This document shows positions 34,229 to 41,542 of a stretch of DNA of 64,000 nt, piece by piece (the first letter of the stretch is position 1; every line of letters starts with the position of its first letter). The stretch is from positions 1,776,129 to 1,840,128 of the forward strand of contig OY762953.2 of the NCBI GenBank assembly GCA_963667185.2, written 5' to 3'. The notes under the pieces are model-generated. The model saw nothing but the letters and a program-made list of their open reading frames with translations, ran no database searches and had not been told where the DNA came from. This DNA is from Treponemataceae bacterium. GTDB taxonomy: Bacteria > Spirochaetota > Spirochaetia > Treponematales > Treponemataceae. Both the position numbers and the translations under genes were made by a program.

Positions 34229-35488
34229 ATGAAGAAATTTCTTATCGTTCTTGCCGCTGCCGTCGTTCTTATGACTGGTTGCGCCAAGAAGGAAGCAAAA
34301 GCTTCGGGAACCCTCGTCGTATGGTCCTTCACCGATGAGCTGAAGACCATGATCGACAAGTACTATGGACCGTCGCATCCCGATGTCAAGGTCGAGTACT
34401 CGCTTACCCCCACCGACCAGTTCCCCAACAAGCTTGATCCCGTTCTCGCTTCCGGCCAGGGTGCCCCCGACGTTTTCGCGCTCGAGGCAGCTTTCGTCCG
34501 CAAGTACATTGAGTCCGGACTCCTTCTCGACATCACCGATGTCGCGAATGACGTCAAGGCCAAAGAGCTCGCGTATCCGATCGAAGTTGGTACCTTCAAT
34601 GGTAAGGTCTACGGTCTTTCTTGGCAGGGAACCCCCGGTGCCATGTTCTATCGCCGCAGCCTCGCGAAGAAGTATCTTGGAACCGACGATCCCGCCGAAG
34701 TCCAGAAGAACTTCGCTGACCTCAACAAGTTCCTTGAGACCGCTGCCAAGCTCAAAGACACCTCCAAGGGCAAGTGCGTAGTCGTTTCCGCGACTGGCGA
34801 CCTCTTTATGCCCTTCAAGGGCGCTCGCAAGGCTCCCTGGGTTGTCGATGGCAAGCTCAATATGGATCCCGCCATGGTCACCTACATGGATATGTGCAAG
34901 ACTCTCAAAGAGAAAGGCTATGAAGGCCGCCAGGGCCAGTGGTCCGAGGGTTGGTTTGCCGGTATGAAGGGCACTCTCAAGGACGAAAAGGGAGCTGACG
35001 TTGAAGTTTTCTCCTACTTCCTCCCGACCTGGGGTCTCCACTACGTTCTCAAGACCAATGCTCCTGACACCGCTGGCGACTGGGCAATGTGCCCCGGACC
35101 GGCTGGTTACAGCTGGGGTGGTACCTGGGTTGCCGCTTATAAGGGAACCAAGAACCCCGTTGCTGCCAAGGACTTCATCCGCTACGTAGCGACTGACGAC
35201 ACCTTCCTCGAGGCATGGGCCAAGGACACTGGTGACTACGTATCCAACAACACCGTTGTTGCCAAGATCAAAGACAGCTACTCCGAGCCCTTCCTCGGTG
35301 GACAGAACCACTATGCCGCTTTCGCCACCATGGCTGCGAGCGTCAATGGTAAGCTGATGCAGGGTTCTGACCAGGCTATCGAAGGCCTGTTCAACGAAGC
35401 CGTCACCGCATTCATCAATGGTGAAAAGACCAAAGACAAAGCGATTGAAGACTTCAAGAGCCAGGTCAACGCCCAGCTTGGTTTCTAA
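34229..35488 (+). CDS. sugar ABC transporter substrate-binding lipoprotein (SBP family 1)
   Basis: ORF trimmed to MKKFLIVLAAAVVLMTGC (lipobox; GAGGAGAG upstream). Followed by two permease genes. Confidence 0.8.
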   Translation: MKKFLIVLAAAVVLMTGCAKKEAKASGTLVVWSFTDELKTMIDKYYGPSHPDVKVEYSLTPTDQFPNKLDPVLASGQGAPDVFALEAAFVRKYIESGLLLDITDVANDVKAKELAYPIEVGTFNGKVYGLSWQGTPGAMFYRRSLAKKYLGTDDPAEVQKNFADLNKFLETAAKLKDTSKGKCVVVSATGDLFMPFKGARKAPWVVDGKLNMDPAMVTYMDMCKTLKEKGYEGRQGQWSEGWFAGMKGTLKDEKGADVEVFSYFLPTWGLHYVLKTNAPDTAGDWAMCPGPAGYSWGGTWVAAYKGTKNPVAAKDFIRYVATDDTFLEAWAKDTGDYVSNNTVVAKIKDSYSEPFLGGQNHYAAFATMAASVNGKLMQGSDQAIEGLFNEAVTAFINGEKTKDKAIEDFKSQVNAQLGF

Positions 35489-35516
35489 TCAAACCTGAGT
35501 AAAGGCTTGTAAGAAA

Positions 35517-35556
35517 AGGTGCGGAAATGGTTCAAACCTGATCCGCACCTTTTTTT
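35517..35556 (+). terminator. hairpin plus T-tract after the SBP gene (possible attenuating terminator within the operon)
   Basis: AGGTGCGGA-N16-TCCGCACCT followed by T7. Confidence 0.65.
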
Positions 35557-35584
35557 GTCGATATTTTCGTAAAGGGGAAAACCG

Positions 35585-36568
35585 ATGAAACAAAAGACGA
35601 TAGGCAACGAAACCCGGGTAAATCGGTGGGGTTACCTTTTTGTACTTCCTTTTGTTCTAGTATATTTGATTTTCAGCTTGTATCCGACTTTTTATACCTT
35701 TATGCTCGCGTTCACCGATCTGAAAGGTCTGCGTGTCGATTTCAAGTTCGCAGGATTAATTAATTTTGTTAAGTTGTTCTCGGACCAGTATTTTTGGGGT
35801 GCTGTCGGTAACACCTTCATTATTTGGGGTATGAACTTCCTTCCCCAGCTCGGTCTCGCGCTTATCCTTTCAATATGGCTTTCTGATATCCGTCTAAAAC
35901 TGAAATGCAAAGGCTTTTTCAGGGCCGTTATCTATATGCCAAACTTGCTTACCGCTGCTTCCGTAGCGCTGCTTTTCCGCAGTTTGTTCGGATGGCCTCA
36001 GGGACCGATCAATCAGTTCCTGAATCGCACGCTGGGTCTCTATCAGACGGTAGAACTCGATGGACAGCTCGTGCAGCAAGCGTTCAACTTTTTTCGCAGC
36101 GTACCCGCGACGCGCGGAATCGTTGCCTTTATCCAATGGTGGATGTGGTATGGTAATACGGTTATCATGCTGATGGCAGGTATTACCAGTATTTCTGCTT
36201 CACTGTATGAATCTGCGGTCGTTGACGGCGCCAATAGTCGCCAGACCACGATGTATATTACCCTTCCGATGCTCAGGCCGATGATGCTCTACATCCTCGT
36301 TACCTCGATGATCGGTGGTATGCAGATGTTCGATATCCCGTTCCTGCTCACCGATATGCGTGGAGGACCTGACTTTAAGATACGAACGTCAATTGTATAT
36401 ATGTACAACATGGCATTCCAGGGACGAAACGATTATTCCTATGCGGCGGCGATTTCAATCGGTGTCTTTGTTATAACGGTTGCTTTGGCTATGATAATAT
36501 TCTTCTTCCTGCAAGATCGTAGTGACCTCAAAAAGAAACACGTTATTGCTGTCGGAGGTGAGAAATGA
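35585..36568 (+). CDS. sugar ABC transporter permease (MalF/UgpA-like)
   Basis: Six TM segments. EAA-type loop (LYESAVVDGANSRQTTMYITLPMLRP). Confidence 0.85.
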   Translation: MKQKTIGNETRVNRWGYLFVLPFVLVYLIFSLYPTFYTFMLAFTDLKGLRVDFKFAGLINFVKLFSDQYFWGAVGNTFIIWGMNFLPQLGLALILSIWLSDIRLKLKCKGFFRAVIYMPNLLTAASVALLFRSLFGWPQGPINQFLNRTLGLYQTVELDGQLVQQAFNFFRSVPATRGIVAFIQWWMWYGNTVIMLMAGITSISASLYESAVVDGANSRQTTMYITLPMLRPMMLYILVTSMIGGMQMFDIPFLLTDMRGGPDFKIRTSIVYMYNMAFQGRNDYSYAAAISIGVFVITVALAMIIFFFLQDRSDLKKKHVIAVGGEK

Positions 36569-37407
36569 AATCAGCCACAAGCGCGCTTAATATCAAGCGT
36601 TTCTTTATCTACATTTTCATGGTTGCCCTGATTCTTGTTGCCGTTGTGCCGATTTATCTCTTGCTTATCAACGCGACGAGAACAAACGCGCAGATCAATG
36701 CGGGAATCTCCCTGATTCCCGGAACGAACGCCGCGTATAACTGGCACGCGCTCACGAGCAGGCAGTTTCAGATCACTCAGGGCTTTTTCAACAGCGCGTA
36801 TCTCGCGGTGATGATGACCCTTTTTGGCGTGTATTTTTCCGCAATGACCGCGTATGGACTCCATGTCTATAATTTCAAGGGAAAAAACCTGCTCTGGGGA
36901 GCCATCCTGATCATCATGATGCTTCCTGCATCTCTTTCCTTTATCGGTTTTTATCAGTTCGTCGCAAAGTTGCACCTGCTGAACAGCTACATTCCGCTCA
37001 TCATTCCAACGATCGCGTCCGCGGGTACCGTCCTCTTCCTGAGGCAATACCTGCAATCGGTGCTTTCGATGGAGCTTGTGGACGCGGCGCGAATTGACGG
37101 CGCCGGAGAGTTTCGTACGTTCAACACGATCATTATGCCGATTATTACACCGGCGATCGCGGCTCAGTCGATTTTCTCGTTTGTCGGTTCGTGGAACAAC
37201 TTCTTTACCCCGTTCGTCCTGATTTCGAGCACCAAGAAGTATACCCTTCCGATGCTTGTCCAGATGCTTCGTGGTGATATCTACCGCACCGAGTACGGTG
37301 GAATCTACCTTGGTATCGCCGTATCGCTCATTCCGATTCTTATTTTCTATTCGTTCATGTCCCGGTTTATCATTTCCGGTATCACTATGGGTGGCGTGAA
37401 GGAATAA
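36565..37407 (+). CDS. sugar ABC transporter permease (MalG/UgpE-like)
   Basis: ATGA overlap with the preceding permease. EAA loop (ELVDAARIDGAGEFRTFNTIIMPI). Confidence 0.85.
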   Translation: MKSATSALNIKRFFIYIFMVALILVAVVPIYLLLINATRTNAQINAGISLIPGTNAAYNWHALTSRQFQITQGFFNSAYLAVMMTLFGVYFSAMTAYGLHVYNFKGKNLLWGAILIIMMLPASLSFIGFYQFVAKLHLLNSYIPLIIPTIASAGTVLFLRQYLQSVLSMELVDAARIDGAGEFRTFNTIIMPIITPAIAAQSIFSFVGSWNNFFTPFVLISSTKKYTLPMLVQMLRGDIYRTEYGGIYLGIAVSLIPILIFYSFMSRFIISGITMGGVKE

Positions 37408-37507
37408 AGCGCTTTTTCAGGATGGGGTGTAACAGCCCCTGGACGCTCGGGCGTTACGAAGCGGTTGCCGCATGACGACTGAGAAAGTCCGTATCCCGAT
37501 TTGCACG

Positions 37508-37545
37508 GCCAAGGTTTTATTTCGGTAAGACCTTGGCTTTTTTTT
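37508..37545 (+). terminator. rho-independent terminator of the sugar ABC operon
   Basis: GCCAAGGT-N14-ACCTTGGC followed by T9. Confidence 0.75.
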
Positions 37546-37600
37546 ATTTGATGCATGTAATAAAACGTTCAAGGGTTTGTCTCGGGAAGGTACTGCAGAA

Positions 37601-38620
37601 ATGGCTATGGTAACGATTTATGATATTGCCAAAAAGACCGGCTTTTCGCCGCCGACCGTATCAAAGGCGCTGAACGGGACGGGCGGATTAAGTGGCGCGA
37701 CTCGTGCCCTGATCTTGCAGGTTGCCCATGATATGGGCTATACGCCAAACATGACGGCCCGTTCATTGAGCACGAATCGCTCTCAGCTTATCGGCGTCAT
37801 TTACGAAGACTACTACATGCTCAAAGGATTCAAGCATCCGCTTTTCAGCGATATTCTCAACAGCTTTCGCAAAGTAATCGAGAGTGCCGGATACGACCTC
37901 CTTTTTCTGTCGCGAACGCTCGGCGCGCGGCAAATGACGTACCTCGAGCATTGTGATTACCGGAACGTCGATGGTATCCTCATCATGAATCCCGTTCCGG
38001 GCGACGAGGAAGTGGGGAAACTTATCGGGTGCGGACGTCCCTGCGTATCGGCAAATGAGCCGATCCCGGGGATTTGCACGGTGGTGACGGAAAATATCGA
38101 GGGCGCGAAAGAGGCGGTTCAGTATCTCGTCGATCTTGGCCACCGGAAAATAGCGTATGTCTCGGGGCCTCAGCGCATTTCGGCACCGGCGGCAGGCGAA
38201 CGGCTCAAGGGCTATCAGGCCTGTCTTGAAAAAAACGGGATACCATTCGATGCAGGACTTGTTGAAGAAGGGCTTTTTTGGCACACGGAGGCGGGCTACG
38301 AGGCGGCAAAGCGCCTTCTTTCCCGAAGACGTGACTTTACCGCCATTTTCGCGTCGAACGACACGCTCGCATGCGGAGTGATGAAGGCGCTGGGGGAAGC
38401 AGGACTCGCGGTTCCGCACGATGTCTCGCTGATTGGTTTTGACGGCGATGACATGGATGAATACCTTAACCCGCCCCTTACGACCATGTGGCAAAACTGC
38501 GAGTTGATCGGTACGACGTCCGCTGACCTTCTTCTGAAGAAGCTTGCAGGTGTTGCGGTCCCCGAGATAATCCATGTTCCTGCAAAACTGATCGAACGGG
38601 ACTCGTGCAGCCGCGTGTAG
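37601..38620 (+). CDS. LacI-family transcriptional regulator
   Basis: N-terminal HTH VTIYDIAKKTGFSPPTVSKALNG and a periplasmic-binding-fold core. ATG 37601 preferred over TTG 37577. Confidence 0.85.
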   Translation: MAMVTIYDIAKKTGFSPPTVSKALNGTGGLSGATRALILQVAHDMGYTPNMTARSLSTNRSQLIGVIYEDYYMLKGFKHPLFSDILNSFRKVIESAGYDLLFLSRTLGARQMTYLEHCDYRNVDGILIMNPVPGDEEVGKLIGCGRPCVSANEPIPGICTVVTENIEGAKEAVQYLVDLGHRKIAYVSGPQRISAPAAGERLKGYQACLEKNGIPFDAGLVEEGLFWHTEAGYEAAKRLLSRRRDFTAIFASNDTLACGVMKALGEAGLAVPHDVSLIGFDGDDMDEYLNPPLTTMWQNCELIGTTSADLLLKKLAGVAVPEIIHVPAKLIERDSCSRV

Positions 38621-38639
38621 GCGCGCTCACCGCTAGCCG

Positions 38640-39326
38640 TCAGTAGCCCGAGCCCGTCACTCCGTGCGAGCTGCCCGTTACAAGGGCTTCGCTCGCGGTA
38701 TAGTTCGTGCCAAGGCGTTCGGCTCCCATCTTGACGTAGTCTTCCGCGGTTTTCGCGTCCCGAATACCTCCGGAAGGTTTCACCTTGATGCGACCCTTCG
38801 CGGTGTCGAGCATCGTGCGAACCGCCTCGACGGTCGCGCCCCCAGAGGCAAAGCCCGTGGATGTTTTGACGAACGTGGCTCCTGCCTTGACGCAAATTTC
38901 CGTCGTGCGCGCGATTTCCTCGGTGGTGAGAAAACAGGTTTCGAAGATAACCTTGAGCGGGATTTTTTTCGCGGTGCAGACATCCGCGACCGCGCGAATG
39001 TCTTTTTCCACGTAGTCCCAGTCGCCCGAGCGGATCTTCCCGAAGTTCGCCACCATGTCGATTTCGTCCGTGCCGAGCGCGATGTATTCGCCGGCCTCGA
39101 AGGCCTTTACCGCGCTCGTCGTCGCGCCGTGGGGAAAGGCGAGCACGCAGCTGACGCCGGTCTCCGTTCCCGCGGTCATTTTTTTCGCGAGGGCAATGTC
39201 GCAGGGCCGCACGCAGACGGTCTTCGTTTTCCATTTCACGCTTTCTTCGATCGCGGCCTTCACCTCGGCCTCGGTGAGTTCGGGCTTGAGGATTGCGGCG
39301 TCGAGATATCTGTTGATTGGTTCCAT
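38640..39326 (-). CDS. deoC: deoxyribose-phosphate aldolase
   Basis: 228 aa. YLDAAILKPE N-terminus, Schiff-base lysine context FVKTSTGF, KPSGGIR. Confidence 0.9.
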   Translation of the reverse strand: MEPINRYLDAAILKPELTEAEVKAAIEESVKWKTKTVCVRPCDIALAKKMTAGTETGVSCVLAFPHGATTSAVKAFEAGEYIALGTDEIDMVANFGKIRSGDWDYVEKDIRAVADVCTAKKIPLKVIFETCFLTTEEIARTTEICVKAGATFVKTSTGFASGGATVEAVRTMLDTAKGRIKVKPSGGIRDAKTAEDYVKMGAERLGTNYTASEALVTGSSHGVTGSGY

Positions 39327-39332
39327 ACGGTA

Positions 39333-39341
39333 AGTATAACA
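39333..39341 (-). promoter_or_regulatory. extended -10 TGtTATACT, 6 nt before deoC ATG 39326 (leaderless layout)
   Basis: Minus-strand TGT 39341-39339, TATACT 39338-39333. Confidence 0.5.
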
Positions 39342-39376
39342 TATTTGGACGAGAGAGGGGGTACGTGAGCGACCGT

Positions 39377-39405
39377 TTGATCTAGGGGCACTTCTGTGCT
39401 ATAGT
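39377..39405 (+). promoter_or_regulatory. promoter TTGATC-N17-TGcTATAGT, 7 nt before thrC ATG 39413 (leaderless layout)
   Basis: TTGATC 39377-39382, TGc 39397-39399, TATAGT 39400-39405. Confidence 0.55.
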
Positions 39406-39412
39406 GATTTAC

Positions 39413-40837
39413 ATGAAATATCGCGATACGCGGGATGCGTCCCGACAGGTTTCGTTTAAGACGGCAGTCCTTCAGGGAATGGATCCCGTGACCGGCGGCT
39501 TGTATATCCCGATCGAAATACCGGAACTTCCCCGGTCCTTCCTGTTTCGTAATCCCGCGCCGTCGTTCCGCGACATCGCGTACGAAGCCGCGAAGCCCTT
39601 CGTCGCGGGCGAGATATCGGACGGTGACCTCATGGAGATCATCGCGGACGCGTATCCGTTTACCGCTCCGGTTGCCCCCATAGATCCGACAACCTACGTG
39701 CTCGAGCTTTTTCACGGACCGACTTGCGCATTCAAGGATTTCGGCGCCCGGTTTATGGCGCGGATGATGTCATACTTTAACCGTGGCGAGGACTCGCCCC
39801 TGCACATACTCGTCGCGACCTCGGGCGATACCGGCAGCGCGGTCGGAAGCGCGTTCTACGGCGTTCCCGGCATAGACGTAACGATCCTCTACCCGGAGGG
39901 AAAGATTTCCAGGTTGCAGGAAAAACAGCTTTCGACTTTCGACGGGAATGTACGCGCGCTTTCCGTTTCAGGCACTTTCGACGATTGCCAAAAGCTCGTG
40001 AAGACGGCGTTTACCGACGAAAAACTTCGCGGGAAGCTCAGGCTTTCTTCGGCGAACTCGATCAATATCTCCCGGCTTCTGCCGCAGTCCTTCTACTATA
40101 TTTACGGATCGCTCGTTATCCGCGAGCGCGGTCCCTACGACAGCAAGATAGAAAATCCCTCGCTCATCGTGACGGTGCCTTCGGGCAACTTCGGAAATCT
40201 CACTTCAGGCCTCATGGCCCGGAAAATGGGAGCGCCGATCCGCGGCTTTATCGCAGCGACGAATTCGAACAGGACGATACCTGAATGGCTCGAAACGGGC
40301 GAGTACCGATCGCGACCGTCGGTCGCAACCCTTTCGAACGCGATGGACGTGGGCGCACCGAGCAATTACGAGCGCATGCAGGCGATGTATTCGGTTGAGG
40401 AAGCGCGTAAGCTCATTGCCGGCTATTGGCTTGACGACGCGGGTACCATGGATGCGATCAGATCCTGCCATGCCCGGACCGGGTATATCATCGATCCCCA
40501 TGGGGCGGTCGCGTGGAAAGCCTGGGACGACGTGCGCTCGGGCGCCATGGCCGCCTTGCTCTCCGGAAAGGCCAATCCTTCCGGCGCACCGGGCCTTCGT
40601 GGCAAGGGAAAGAACGCACCCGAATGGGCGCGTGACTGCGTTGACAAAAAATGCATCGGCATGATTCTCGAGACCGCGCATCCCGCGAAGTTCGGGGAGA
40701 CGGTCAAGGACGCAACCGGCCGCGACCCCTCGATCCCCGAGCGCCTTGAAAAAGTTCTGACGCTTCCTGACCGCTCCGAACGGATGACGGCCGATTATGA
40801 TAAATTCCGGGAATGGATAGTCGCGAATTTGCGATAA
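39413..40837 (+). CDS. thrC: threonine synthase
   Basis: PLP lysine motif FHGPTCAFKDFG, and ATSGDTGSA. Start set to ATG 39413 (MKYRDTRD). Confidence 0.9.
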   Translation: MKYRDTRDASRQVSFKTAVLQGMDPVTGGLYIPIEIPELPRSFLFRNPAPSFRDIAYEAAKPFVAGEISDGDLMEIIADAYPFTAPVAPIDPTTYVLELFHGPTCAFKDFGARFMARMMSYFNRGEDSPLHILVATSGDTGSAVGSAFYGVPGIDVTILYPEGKISRLQEKQLSTFDGNVRALSVSGTFDDCQKLVKTAFTDEKLRGKLRLSSANSINISRLLPQSFYYIYGSLVIRERGPYDSKIENPSLIVTVPSGNFGNLTSGLMARKMGAPIRGFIAATNSNRTIPEWLETGEYRSRPSVATLSNAMDVGAPSNYERMQAMYSVEEARKLIAGYWLDDAGTMDAIRSCHARTGYIIDPHGAVAWKAWDDVRSGAMAALLSGKANPSGAPGLRGKGKNAPEWARDCVDKKCIGMILETAHPAKFGETVKDATGRDPSIPERLEKVLTLPDRSERMTADYDKFREWIVANLR

Positions 40838-40856
40838 CCGCTCCCCAAGAGTCTTC

Positions 40857-41357
40857 TTATTGCCGCTCGTATTTCTGGACTTCGTCGATCAGGTGTTCGA
40901 GCGTGACGCCTGCCTGGGAGAACATCGCGATGGTGTCCGATGAGTCGTGATACCGCCTCTCGGCGACGACGCGCGTTATGCCGCAATTGATAATGAGCAT
41001 GGCGCAGGTTCTGCAGGGTGTCATGCGGCAATAGAGGGTGGCGCCTTCGATCGAGATACCGCGCCGCGCTGCCTGACAGATTGCGTTTTGTTCGGCATGG
41101 ACGGTTCTGGTGCAGTGTTCGGTTATGGTTCCGTCTTCATGGTGGATTTTCTTGAATTGATGGCCAACCTCGTCGCAGTGGGGGAGACCGTTCGGCGAGC
41201 CGACGTAGCCGGTCACGAGGATCTGGTGGTCTCTCGCGATAACGCACCCGGATCTTCCCCGGTCGCAGGTCGCGCGTTTTGCGATCGCATGGCAAACTTC
41301 CATAAAGTACTCGTCCCAGCTCGGTCTGACGTAGGTCTTCGCGTCGTCGTTTTCCAT
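40857..41357 (-). CDS. dCMP deaminase (ComEB-type)
   Basis: WDEYFM..., zinc motifs HAEQNAI and PCRTCAMLI. Start trimmed to MENDDAK. Confidence 0.85.
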   Translation of the reverse strand: MENDDAKTYVRPSWDEYFMEVCHAIAKRATCDRGRSGCVIARDHQILVTGYVGSPNGLPHCDEVGHQFKKIHHEDGTITEHCTRTVHAEQNAICQAARRGISIEGATLYCRMTPCRTCAMLIINCGITRVVAERRYHDSSDTIAMFSQAGVTLEHLIDEVQKYERQ

Positions 41358-41401
41358 TATCTGATCCTGCCTTCTTTTTTTACGTCTTGATGAACGCACG
41401 T

Positions 41402-41431
41402 ATTCTATCATGAAATTCCCGCCCGGCGCAA
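41402..41431 (-). promoter_or_regulatory. promoter TTGCGC-N18-TGaTAGAAT for dCMP deaminase (leadered)
   Basis: Minus-strand TTGCGC 41431-41426, TGA 41410-41408, TAGAAT 41407-41402. ATG 41357. Confidence 0.45.
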
Positions 41432-41446
41432 TTTCGCCGTAAGGCA

Positions 41447-41480
41447 TCCCTGCCGTTTGCAAGTCTTCCCTGTCGTTTGC
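41447..41480. promoter_or_regulatory. two 14-nt direct repeats (TCCCTGCCGTTTGC / TCCCTGTCGTTTGC) phased exactly 20 bp apart, between the dCMP deaminase and lon promoters
   Basis: Copies at 41447-41460 and 41467-41480, one mismatch. Confidence 0.3.
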
Positions 41481-41507
41481 GGGGAGCCCTGAGGGGCCAG
41501 GGGTGGT

Positions 41508-41536
41508 TTGACTTTTAGGCGTTTTTTGGTGATATT
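41508..41536 (+). promoter_or_regulatory. promoter TTGACT-N17-GATATT, 6 nt before lon ATG 41543 (leaderless layout)
   Basis: TTGACT 41508-41513, GATATT 41531-41536. Confidence 0.5.
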
Positions 41537-41542
41537 TATGCT

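Noticed and set aside
35517-35556. Terminator after the SBP gene as evidence that the permeases form a separate operon.
   Set aside because: SBP genes are commonly followed by partial terminators that set SBP:permease stoichiometry. No promoter is evident in the 28 nt between the terminator T-tract and permease start 35585, so I kept a single locus.
37408-37507. 100-nt structured-looking 3' UTR between the second permease and its terminator, as a possible sRNA or riboswitch.
   Set aside because: Only short, weak hairpins are present (GGGG-N8-CCCC, GCGG-TT-GCCGC). No conserved motif was recognised, so support is insufficient.
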